Part shown: positions 49,236 to 61,540 of the stretch, piece by piece
Position numbering within the stretch: position 1 is the stretch's first letter
How the letters are laid out: the number at the start of each line of letters is the position of its first letter
From: Pocillopora damicornis
Lineage: Eukaryota
Reading direction: 5' to 3'
Assembly: GCF_003704095.1 (NCBI RefSeq)
Contig: NW_020843886.1
Coordinates: forward strand, 1-64,000
DNA length: 64,000 bases
The notes under the pieces: model-generated
Told to the model about the DNA's origin: nothing
Database searches by the model: none
Seen by the model: only the letters and a program-made list of their open reading frames with translations
Made by a program: the position numbers and the translations under genes

Positions 49236-52200
49236 ATGTCAGTGCTGGCTTCGTACAAGAGCGGCTCTCTGGGAAGCTTAAACTCATATGTAGCGAGGAG
49301 ACACTCAAGGTTTGCTGAGGTTGTTAAATTTCGATTTGTCATGTCAGGAAGGCGGAGTACCTTTGCTGGAGGAGAAACCCAGCCGAACAATCGTTTCAGA
49401 TCGGCAACAGATGCCTCTCACATCAAAGCCCCAAAGAGACAATGTAGTTGCCTGGAGGTTGTTCGGGAAACTATCCCTGCTCTGGTGAATTCCTCTCACA
49501 AAGGACACTTGGGTAGAATAGGGATAATAGGCGGATGTCAGGAGTAAGTAGTTTGATGAAGATGATCATAATCCTGGGCTTCAGAGATTACTGATTTTGC
49601 GTCATTATTGAGAACTTTTCTTAAATCCGGTACTATGTTGTTCGAGCTTTTAATCTTTCCCTACCACCTTTACAGCTTGAGGGGGTGACTGAGATTAGTT
49701 TTGAGCTCGGGGTGTGCCCTGAGGCCTGAAATCTCTAGCTCTGTCCGAGTAAAATTCCGTTCCTTTTATTACCGAATTAAGTCCTTTTTTCATGACCCAG
49801 CTGCTCGAGTATGTCCACCTTCTGTGAAAATTCAAGATCTCCAAGAGGGTAGCATAGGAAAGGAGGAGGGGAGGGGGAGTGTTTTAATCCCATTTCTCGC
49901 CCAAATTATAGAAAAATTCCAGGTGTTACATGTACTCGAAACAGTATTTCATGCAGTAGAATTTTAAAGGGAAAACTACAAATCTCATCTTACCTTGACT
50001 CTGTAACATTTGTGCATTGCATATTAAGTTTGGGTTTAGTCTCAAATTTTAAACAAACCTTTTACCACACTCCTCAAACACCAAACCATGCTAAGCAGCA
50101 GATAATCAACTGGAGAAATAAGTGAGTGCCCTCTAGTTTACTACTTGTGGTAGCTCTTTGAAAAATAACATCTCATTCCTAGAAGTTTCCAAATGAAGAT
50201 TAACGACTAACCCATGGATTTGTTGTGAAGTTACTCATTAGATTAATACTTGAATGTTTTGTAATCATGTTGCAGGTATACAGGTGCACCTTACTTTGCA
50301 GCAATATCAGCTTTGAAAGCTGTGAGTCTTAATTTTGAAAACTTCAACCTTTGATAGAGATATGTCCACAAAGGGGGTTGTTCTTGATAGGTTGTTCAAA
50401 CTGCAGGGTAATAGTCTTAAATTTGCAAAATCTAGGTCACTAAGCAATCAAGGATAAACTCTAAGCATAAAAAAAAAAAAAACACAAGCATCTGGAGAAA
50501 AAAACTCCCAAGTAAAATCTAATGTCTTAATTTTTTGACATTCCAGTCTTTCTTTTGAGTTCCTTAACAGTTTAAAATCATTGTAATGAATACTCTGATA
50601 TATAATTAATTTAAAAATTGTATTTTTTATATTAATCAATATTAGCCAAAGTCCCCCAGAACTCAACCTCTTGAAAAGCTATAAGGAGGTTTTCAAGAGA
50701 GAAATGAAATTTAATGGCATTTAATTTACATTACCAGTGTAAGCCGCTGAAATACTTGAAAAACATGTGCCCAGCATCTGTCATTACCATATGAATCCTG
50801 TATTTTTCTCTCATACTACAAAAAATATCAAGCATCCATTGTTCAATTTGTAGGGTGCAGATTTGTCCCATGTGTTCTGTACAAGTGATGCTTCTGTGGT
50901 TATTAAGTCATACAGCCCTGAACTTATTGTCCATCCTGTTTTGTAAGTATTGTCAGTAATGCTTTCACTAAACAACCTCCACTCAATGGCTCCCCTTTCC
51001 TATAAAGAAACTTTTATTGAATAATGTTCTACTTTTCAGTGTTCAAAAGCTTCTTACCCATTCCAACAAGTGCCCCTACAAATACAATTGAAAATTTTTC
51101 TTCCAGATCTTTTATCAGTTTTAAACCTTTAACTCCTACGAGTGACCCAAACAGAATTTCTTGTTAAAAATTATTAGGCAGACAAGTGGTGAGAATGGAG
51201 ATTACCAGTGGGGAACCATTAGTTGATCCAATTGCCAAATTCTCCAAACTAACACCACAAGAATTGTATAGCAGACAGTAAGGAGAATTGCTAATAAGAT
51301 CTTGGCAGTGAAAACTGACATTAGAATTTCTGTTTGCCAAATGTATATATTCAGGGACAGAAAAACAGCTGTAAAAGAAGTGAAAGATTGGCTTCCAAGA
51401 CTTCACTGCATTGTAGTTGGCCCAGGAATGGGTAGAAATCCAACCATCATTGAAAATGTCAAGGTAAGTCCATGATCAGTTTCTAAGCCAGTGGAATCAT
51501 GCAAACTCCAAGTTTTTGACACAGTAGCATTCTTGTTTGATTTAATTAAGAAAGATTGCACCAGATTTCCATCCACAGATAATTAATCAGTGGTACAGCC
51601 CGATGTTGAATGGAAACGAAGTTGGAGCTTTCTAATGATATAGTTTTCAAGGCTCATTATGATTATATTTAGTCTAGAAAGAATCCTTCTGGTAATTGAC
51701 TTACTGGTATTTCAATTATTTTGTCCTTATTGTCTCTTTACAGGGAGTTCTTGAGCTTGCAAAGGAGCAGCAAAAACTTCTAGTGATAGATGCAGTTGAG
51801 TATACTGTTTCAATACATCTGTGCAGTAAACTCCTAAATCACCAACCCTAGATCAGCATAATGCTTTGACAACCTCCACAGTACATCTACTTCTTATGTT
51901 TAGAGTAGAGACAAATTAATTTTTATCCATTTTTATTTGCATTAGGATGGGCTTTACATGGTTACATCCTATCCAGACATAATCAAGAATTATACCAAAG
52001 CAATACTCACACCAAATGCTATGGAATTCACAAGACTATACAGCACATTGGTGAGTTGTTTTTTTTTTAAATTGAGATCCCATTAATCCTTTACACCCTA
52101 ACATCAGTATGCATATTCTCCATACTGTTCTCTATACATTTCCTAAGGTGCTGACAAGGAGAATTTGTTGAACAATCTAGAGCATTTTTAGTGGGTGATC

Positions 52201-54232
52201 TTATTCTCATGACCTATATGTATGATTTGGGGGGTGATATTGAAATGAGAAAATAGATGCTAATCACTCTAAGGGGTCAAGGTGTCAATCATTTGTTGTG
52301 AGAAGTATTTTTGATTGGTCAGGAAGGGGGACTTTCTACTGATTAAGTCCCACTTGTGACATAGACAGAATTTCTCCTTACGCCATCAGTACAATAGCAA
52401 GCAGACAAGTAATGAGAAGAAAGAAAAATATCAATTAGGGGATTATTGGTTGATCCAACTCCAAATTCTCCAAAATAACATCATATGAATTGTATAGCAG
52501 ACATTAAGGAGAATTACTCAGGAGATCTTGGGAGTTAAAGGGTTAACTTTGAAGTACCTTTATATTTCATTTCCACTCCTTGATTTAATTATTCCAATTT
52601 GGCAGTTTGGCCGTGAACCTGACCCATCTATAGACTGTTCCAATCATGTGACACAGTTATGCCGCGAGTTAGGCGGAGTTACCATATGCCGCAAAGGGCA
52701 AGAAGATATCATTGCAGATGGGAAAGATGGTAAGTGTAGATCCCATAAGTCCTGCGTTCATTTTTCATTACAATTTTGCATGTATCTGTGAAAAGTTTTG
52801 TTTATAGGGTCGTGGACCTCCCATTTGCAGTCTCCACTTGGACCTTTGACAATTTGAAGAAGAACGATTAATGCACTTTCAAGCGCATCTGTATTTACCC
52901 ATCTAAAAAATTATACATTGATGTAAAGACACCTCTTTAAACTTTCTTCTCCAGCCACCTATTAACTATACTATCAAATACAAACTTTTTCCAGTGTGAA
53001 TTACATCAACCTTCTGTATTGTTTTAGTGAAGCATGGCAGGGGGAATTCTCAACATTTTTTCCCCATTGAAACCTTTGACTTTTTTGTGTGATTTGCATG
53101 TATCTTCTCCTTATAATTGCCATGCTTCATCTTGCAGTCAGGTGTTGAGAATATGCAAACCTATCAGGTGGAGGTTGACATAACATTAATAAAAGTCTTT
53201 TTTTCTTAGTAATCTGCAATAAACTAAATGGATTGAACATCAAGTAGAACTGCTCCTATTATCTTTGGAGTTAAGGGGATGTGTTTAAAATGCTAGTTTG
53301 ATGAATGAAGTAAAGAAAGTAAACCATGGGAGTTTCCAGAATTTCTTTGTTAATAACTTTAAAAATAATTCTGTATTTATATTATCCTTATTTTTTGTTT
53401 TAAAAAGTTTAAAATAATTCATTTTGCATGTTTTTTTTTATGACTAAATAGTTGTAAACTGCAGAACAGAAGGTAGCAACAGACGTTGTGGAGGTCAGGG
53501 TGACCTCCTATCTGGCTCCATGGGTGTGTTCTTCCATTGGACAGATATGGCATTCAAAAAAATGAGCAAAGAGGAAAGGTACAGTTTACTTGAATTCAGT
53601 CTGCTTCAAAGCACCGACAGCCAATGATAGGCGAGTAGGTTTCCTTGATATGATTTCCCCAGGAATGGTTGTCTTTGAGAATGTTATTTGAAAATGTGAC
53701 TAGTTTTTGCCATGAAAACCCGTTGTTGTTCAAAATATTTTCATGGAAGGTTTTGAACAAGGAGACTTTGCAATGGAAATATGGTACACCAGAATCAATG
53801 TCAGTTGTTAGCGACTGCGTTCCTAACCCTACCCTAACTCAGCAACAGTCAACTGATAACAAGTTGGGATTAATGTTGGGCCAGGGTATGGTTTGCTCAG
53901 GTACTGACTTTGATCCGTACACTCTAACTAGAGGCCATCTTGAAAAAATGGTGATAGTGGTAAATGGTAAGTCTCCGGTAACTAAGACTGTTAACAAAAT
54001 AAGAAGTTGTCTTTTCCTTTCTTCTCTCAGAGCATGTTCGTATGGTCGATCTCTGGTAGCAGCATATGGGGCCTGTGCACTAACAAGGACCTGCAACAGA
54101 CTGGCATTTGCTAAGTACCGGCGGAATATGACGACAACCGATATGATACCAGAAATTCACGATGCCTTTGAACTGTTATTTCCCGAGAAAAAGTCAGACG
54201 AACCAGTTATAAGACAGGAACACACCGTATAG
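49236..54232 (+). CDS. NAXD: ATP-dependent (S)-NAD(P)H-hydrate dehydratase (CARKD)
   Basis: Exons 49236/49341-49543 ([16 protein letters not shown]), 50276-50321 ([14 protein letters not shown]), 50854-50942 ([19 protein letters not shown]), 51355-51463 (VVGPGMGR), 51744-51794 (VIDA), 51946-52050 (LTPN), 52606-52729, 53452-53578 ([12 protein letters not shown]) and 54031-54232. Confidence 0.95.
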
Positions 54233-56339
54233 AGTTCTCAAGTTCGATAAAGATGGTATTTTGGCCGAATTACTTCCTAATTAAGGACTAGCAAGCAAAC
54301 AAAGTCTGCAAGGTGCTCAATTGAACTTTGTTCTTTGGAAGCGGTTTTCTAATTCTTAATAGAGCGCCTTCGGTGGAGTGTCCTAAAACCAATCGGTGGA
54401 GTCTTAACAACCAATCAGAGCGAAGAAAATATCACAAGGAACCAATGAGAACAAAAAGCAAAGACAAGCAAACTTCATGAATTAAAAGCGCGGTAAAACT
54501 GGGATGACCAAGTCGCGATTGGATGTAGTTTTTTGATTGGTTGAGAGAGTGGCGCGTGTTTTCTGGACCAATCACAGATAGAAAGTAAACCAAAACTAAT
54601 GTAATTTCGGTGTACATTCGACGATGAATTGAAAATTGCTACAGCGCGGTTTTCTAAGAAGTTAAGTTGCAAATGAGTATTTGGTCATTGACCGCATTTC
54701 CTATATACGACTGAGTCTTACTGTGGAGTAAATCCATCTCAAGCTGGCTTTAGCCCTTTCATTCCCATGAGTGACCAAGAAATAATTTCTGCTTAAATTA
54801 TTAATCCAAAATCAAGCAAACAGATGATAAGAGTTTAGAAAAATATCAAGAAAGGAATCATCATTTGATTCAACACCGAATTCCTAGAAGTATCATAATG
54901 AGTAAAGTGCTGCAATCAATTAGGAGAATTACTACTGGCATCGTGGTAGCCTGAGTGGACGGTTGAAACTCAAGGTTTGTGAGGAACTATGATGTATGAA
55001 CTGCGTGTGGTGCTTGAGTGACTTGGTAGAAAACTAGTTACTGTAGACGCCGCGTGGGATGTCCACGTCAGTAAAATTCGTGACATAGAATTGGATAATA
55101 TTGGTTAGATCGAAGTAAGTACACTGCTGCAATAGAATTTATGTTGTTGGTTATAGATATGTTTTGGGCCCGACTCAGAGTCATTTTTATCACTCGCATT
55201 TCGCTATACTTACAATTAAAGATTTCAGGGTTATTCAGGGTAGTAAAGTCATTAATTGCTAGAGAAAGATCCCCTTTATTGTGTCAGTTTGTAATTAATT
55301 GTTACACTTTATAATACCTGTCTTCTGTATGGAATTGTCGCTCTTTGTAATACCTGTCGCACGTTGCAATAAAAGAGCTATCGCACTTTGTAATAATAAC
55401 AGACCGTTGTGCATTTTAATAAAGTAAGCTGTCGCACTTTGTGACAAAACTTGTCGCACAGTGTAATGAATTTTGTGTAGATAGTCGAGGGACAAGTTAG
55501 CAGTTATTGCAAAATGCGACAATTTTATTGCAGAGTGTGACAGTTGTTAAAAAGTGTGACAATTACTCTATTCAAAGTGCGACAGAACACCTTTCATCTA
55601 CGGAGTTTGTTTTCCTCAATTCAGCCTCAAAGGATTTCTCAGACCTATTTTCCTAGAGATCAGGGTGAGTTGTTCCAATCCATTTAAGTTTTTCACGCAT
55701 TCCCTCCATGTTGTGTCTGAGAAAGGGGTCACTCTAAGTCTCTCTTTTCGTAAAGTATCTAGGAACCCTCATAATATAAGAGAGATTATTTAGGGAATAG
55801 GATCTTTATGGGATATTCAGTCTTGTCTTTTGATCCTCTTTGTGTGGTACTCAGGACCTGAAGCAAACTAATGCTGTGAGCAGAGGAATAGCTCTGTGTG
55901 TGATTTTTAAAACTTCATACTTTTCCATACCGTCCTCGTAAAACAACGTGAAATCACCCACATTTGTGTACTCTGAGAATGGGAACCCCGACGGCAAATA
56001 ATTTTCCTGCAGGGGCCCATTGCTTGTTTCCTTCTTATTTGAAACTCAACGCCGCTCAGGTACGTTTAGCTAAAATTTAGGTCTGCGCGAAGTTCTAAAA
56101 AAAGAAATTGATGTTCAATATAATGGAAGTTTCCCTTAGTTTTGCCGCCCTAGTATTAACTTGCGGGCAGATGTTCCCTTAGTTAATTGCAGATCTTTAC
56201 ATATACGGCTCGTGATGATTTCAGTTGAAAGGAGAACGTTTAATTACTAGTGGAGGATAACGCAAATTAAAACAGTAAGCTTCCATATCAGGATGTGAGG
56301 GTATAATCACTTGCACAAAGGAATTAAGTTTCTAAAGAA

Positions 56340-56505
56340 ACTGGTGCTGCGTCGGTGGGAAAGTATAACAGGGTAATTTCGTATTATCAACTGAGTTGAT
56401 AGTCAGTCGCTCTGACGAAGGGTTAGCATTCAAAACGTCAGCTTTAAAACTCTTACGGAGGCTAATTTACGTTATCAACTCGGTTGATAATACTAACTTG
56501 CCCTC
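56340..56505 (+). mobile_element. Penelope-like retroelement terminal repeat fragment with a degenerate hammerhead core
   Basis: CGCTCTGACGAAGGGTTAGCATTCAAAACGTCAGCT at 56408-56443; CTGACGA is intact but GAAA is changed to AAAA. Confidence 0.55.
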
Positions 56506-56834
56506 TTACAATCACATATATGCAGTTCTAAATATTTATAAAGGTTTCATTGCTTCCTCTTCCAATATCGGAGAGCACTCCTTCCTGTCGACCAAATGTG
56601 TCTGTGTCTACGACAGTTAAGATCTTCTTCTCTCGAACACGTAAACTTGGTCAGAGGATAAATTCAGCAACGACTGATAACGTTCTTTTTTCAACTAAGA
56701 AGAAGGAACACATTGATCAGATGCGTAACTACAGTTTAAAAGCGAATTTCTTTGTCTTCGGGAAGCGGCAAAAAGCGCCAAGTTTTTGTTCAGGAATTAT
56801 GATACGAGTCACTTTCCTTTATATGTATTACAAC

Positions 56835-58349
56835 GGTAACCGGTCAAGTCGCCCGAGGTCATGTCGCCCGAAAACTGAGTCATGTTGCCCGAAATTTTAG
56901 TAATGTCGCCCAAAAAAAAAGTCAAGTCGCCTAAAGAAACAAATACTAAAAAGATCAGAATTTCAGACTGTAAATAGGCAATAACGTTGAGAAATTTTTA
57001 TCACTGAAGTGCTCTTTGTTTCCGACAACACCATGAAGATTCTTAAAGCGTTGTTCGTTCCTAACAACAAAGGGAACGCTGTTCGTTTCCAACAATGGTA
57101 TCTATCTAACAATACCATGAAGACTTTGGCTACAAAGAAATCGATCATATGCTCGGAATTGACATATGTTTGAGTAACGATTCTAAAAGCGTTGTTCGTT
57201 TCTAACTACAAAGGGAAGCGTTCTCCGTTTCTGACAGAAAAATGAAGCGTTGTTCGTTTGGTATGTACTCGTTTCTTATTCTCGGACATTCGTAAACTTG
57301 AAAAACCCTTCTTTGTTTCTTAAAATGCCATGAAGACTTGACTACAAAGAAATCGATTGTGTGGTCAGAATTGAAAGTAACGACTCTAAAAGCGTTTTTC
57401 GTTTCTAACAACAGAGGGAAGCGTTGTTCGTTTCTATAACAACAAATGCATCGATGCAGCGTAACATACAAGTAAAGTTCTGTTGTGTCTATTTGTGACT
57501 TTCTTAACAATAACAGATGAAAACACCTGGTAAACGAATGTCGATTGTCGCGTTCGACAAGTCGGTAAAAGGTAAAGCAAGTAACATACAAATAAAATTA
57601 ACTTGTCGCCTTGTGTAAGGTAAGTGTGATATTTTTAAGATGACAGTCTGTTGTTTATGCTTGTTACTTTTTTCACAGTAGCAGTCTGATAGCATCATTT
57701 CCCTTAGGCTCAGAATAGGCAAAAATTATGTAGTTGTGCTCTGTTTCCTCTGGCGGTCGCATGTATATTTTGATCCGATAAAAGGATATATGAAGGGAGT
57801 AAAGCCAGCTACAATACGAATACGAACTGATCACAATGAGCATTCATCCTTGCATTGACTGTGATGATGAAATTAGACCACGTCAACAAGCCCTACAGTG
57901 CGACGATTACGGTCGACCATATGGCCTTTCTGACCATATGATCGAATTTTGTGTAGTTCATGTAGTTTGTGTTCATGGCTTTGTTAGAAACCAAGAAAAA
58001 GTTTCTCAAGCTTACGAAACTTCCGTGAGTAAGAAACGATTACATATCAAACCAACAACGCTGCATTTTGTTGTTGGAAACGAACAACGTTTCCCTTTGT
58101 TGTTAGGAACGAACAACGCTTTGAGAATCTTTGTGGTGTTGTCGGAAACAAAGAGCGCTTTAGTGCTAAAAATTTCTCAACGTTATTGCCTATTAACAGT
58201 CTGAAATTCTGATCTTTTTAGTATTTGTTTCTTGGGGCGACTTGACTTTTTTTTTCGGGCGACATAACTAAAATTTCGGGCAACACGACTCAGGTTTCGG
58301 GCGACATGACTTCGGACGAGATGACTCTCAGGTGACTTGACTGTAAACC
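56835..58349. mobile_element. Internally deleted Mutator/MuDR-like DNA transposon with long TIRs
   Basis: TIRs of more than 250 bp start GGT...ACC and contain TCGCCC subrepeats. The flanks ATTACAAC and ATTATAAC form an 8-bp TSD with one mismatch. An internal PHD-finger remnant CIDCDDEIRPRQQALQCD is present. Confidence 0.8.
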
Positions 58350-60520
58350 ATTATAACTGTTGGAATGCTTTGGATCATAAGTTTTCTTTATAAAAACTTT
58401 TGGGGGCCAAAATGCAGAAGTTTTAATCGGAAGAAAAATGACAGTTTTGTGAAGTGTCTGAATTAGGATTGCCATTTCTATATGAAAGGGATAGCAAATA
58501 CTCTCTTCAAATTTTCGATAGCTATAAGCGGGAGAGATAATTTACGTCTTAAAAATATTCTGAAAGGCGGAGTAGAAGCAGCTCATCCCTCCAAGGGATT
58601 CAGAGGGAACACTTCGTTGTCGTGCTAACACTAAGAGCAAATTTTCTCTTTTCTCGTCTATCTTTTTTTTTCCATGATTAAGAAGGGGACCACGAATGTT
58701 TCTTTTGAATCTCGCGACAGACGAAGCTGAGAAAGACGGACTGGAGAGAGGGCCTATCCTTTCAGTGTATTCATGAGAAAATGATTTAAGATTACTAACC
58801 AGAGAAGGGAATCAAGATCCTCATCAAGTGATACGATTTTGCTGCTACAGCGAGTGATAGGTGCCTTGCTAGATCGTGAGTGACGGGAATAAGGAAGCTA
58901 TTTTAAGACCGCAAACGAATTTGCCAAAAAAGACAAAAAGTTACACGCAATATGTGCACCAAATAAATTTGAAAGGACCTTTGTTTCACGTTGTTTTCTG
59001 GCTTATTTTCCTTGTGAACTAAAACTCTATGATCAACACAATCCAGCGATGATGTTCAAATGCATATCTCATTTAGAATCAGTACCCCTGCCGTTTCAAA
59101 ATGATTGCCAGCTGTTTTGAATTAAAAGCACTCTACATCAGTCCAGGCCACATACAGCTTTCAGAGATAAACAGTTCGCTTCAGGCAGTAAGGATAAATT
59201 TATAACTGGCAAATAGCCCGGAACCTAAGATTTTGTGAGTCATAACATTTTCTCTGGCCAGCCATAAGGGTTAATAGGAATAATGATAATCAACAAGAGC
59301 GTCATTTTGCAGTGTAGTTCTTCATGTTCAAATTAATGTAAATAAAATAATAGTAGTAAAATAATAGTAATAAAACAAAAAAACTCCCCCCTTGCCAAGA
59401 CAAGTTAGTAGTTGTAAAAGTCGCCAGAAAGTCTCCTTTGAAAAAGTGAATTTGCTGAGGGAGGCGCATATGTAACAGCGTATCTCGCCGCTATAGAGCT
59501 GTCAGTTGACCAGCCGTTTTTCGAAGCAATTAATCTTTGATAATGTGGCCTTTTTTGACCTATGTAAGCCGGCGGTGATTAATTCACAATAGCAATAATT
59601 TACAACATTCTTACTCCTGTTGCATGTATAAATGAGTTTCTGCGTTATCGAAATTTAATTTGATTTCTGTTTCCCCGAAAAACACTAACCTCAATAAAGA
59701 AAACATTTATCTTCAACCACGCGCGTTCTGCTTGTCACATGGCACACACGATCTACATTTAGACGTGTGTCAGAAGACGTAAACATAGTTGAAGTATTTT
59801 TTGCTGTTATAAAGTAATGATATTGAATTGATCTTGAATGCGCGTTTGTATTGGACGTTTCAGAGTGGAAATGTTTCAAAAATAGCGTCGAAGTCAAAAC
59901 CGCAAAATGTTAGAACTTTCGATTCTCGACACCTAGACGCGATCGCGAATATATCAGATCCATTTCGACTGTTTGGTATGCAATTAGTCATTTCACTCTG
60001 AGAAGAATTTGTATACAACTCCTTTCAACACGCTTCCGTTGTGTGACATTCATTGTCTGTGTTAATTGTATTAAAATTCCCTCAGGGAATTGTTTGATGA
60101 TTGACTGGTCAACACCTCTTCAACGACGACAGAAGGAAAAGGGTACTTTACATGAGTAATAGCTCCTGTTAATGCGGTAGACAGGAAAAGAAACGGTCAG
60201 TTTACCGTCAGAAATGTCCATGCACTTGACAAGACCAAAATAACGGGATTGAAGTCAAGCCAGAGAAAAACAATAACGAGGGGCGTTCGTTTAAAGATGT
60301 TAAGTGGTTGAAGTATACACAAGCGTTGAGCGCCGGTTCGTTTGCAATCACGATTTCTTCTCACGCCTCTCTGACGGTCCTGAGGCTAGTTCCTTTGTTC
60401 ACACGGCCACATACTTCAAATATTTACGTGGATGCACGAATGAAACTGAATTTTCTTTCATCGGCGTCATCATTAATCGAGGTGTCTTCCTAATTTTGGT
60501 TTATTTTATCGAGAAGCGTC

Positions 60521-61540
60521 ATGGAGGGAGGACTACGTTTGCGGCCCGTAATCATATTTTCACTGCTAACGTTTTGCGCGTCCACCGACGTAATGAAATT
60601 TCAAGTTTTTGAAGAACAAGACGAAGGAACTTTCGTGGGAGACATGTCTGAGAGTCGCATGGTCAGAACATTGTCCGAGAATAAAAACTTAAAAGGAGAG
60701 CTTCGATTCCAGTTTCAAGGATCTCTACAAACGTCATTTAAAATCGACGAAACCACAGGAATTATTCGAACTGCTGCTAAGTTAGACCGCGAAAACTTGT
60801 CTCTTGAGAATGACGATGATACATTTCAGATTCAAGTGAAGGTTTCAAAAGGAGCTGTAATGCTACCTCTACCGACAGAAATAAAAGTATTAGACGTCAA
60901 CGATCACAGCCCTATTTTTGCGGGGAAGATTGAAAATATATCGGTTTCCGAGTCTGCTCCGTTGGGTGCCGAATTCCCCGTGACAGTGGCAGAAGATACC
61001 GACATTGGCAACTATTCCGTTGAAAGCTACGAGATTGTGAAGAGAAATGACAGTGACACTTTTGATCTAGTACTCTCGAAACCGACTTCAGAGATCACGA
61101 AGCTTAAACTCGTGGTTTCGAAAAGGCTTGACCGAGAAATTAATGAAAGCTTTTTCTTGGAGATCGAAGCAAGAGATGGAGGAAGCCCGCGCAAAGTTGG
61201 TCGCAAAGGAATACGAATTACAGTCTTGGATTCGAACGATCATATCCCGAAGTTTAGCCAGAATCTCTATGTCGGGGAAGTGAGAGAAAATTCTCCCGCA
61301 GGAACGTTGGTGTTAAATGTGACCGCGACAGACAAAGACATCGGCACCAACGGAGAGATTTCCTATTCTCTTAATTCTCGACCTCAATATAAAGACTTAT
61401 TCAGTTTAGATGCACGAACTGGCGAGTTACGAACAAAAGCTATTTTGGATTATGAGCGCTTTAAGGATTACCAATTGGAAGTGACAGCAAGAGACAGAGG
61501 GCCGGATTCAATTCCAACAACTTCTTATGTCAACGTGAAG
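60521..61540 (+). CDS. First coding exon of a large cadherin (protocadherin/Fat4/Dachsous-like): signal peptide + three cadherin repeats
   Basis: Motifs EEQDEGTFVG, LDRE, DVNDHSPIF, AEDTDIG, LDRE, ARDGG, DSNDHIPKF, ATDKDIG, LDYE and ARDRG; donor AAG|GTTAGT at 61540. Confidence 0.9.

Noticed and set aside
53669-54030. N-terminal part of the 187-aa ORF
   Set aside because: Intronic read-through containing a MITE-like repeat; only 54031-54232 matches NAXD.
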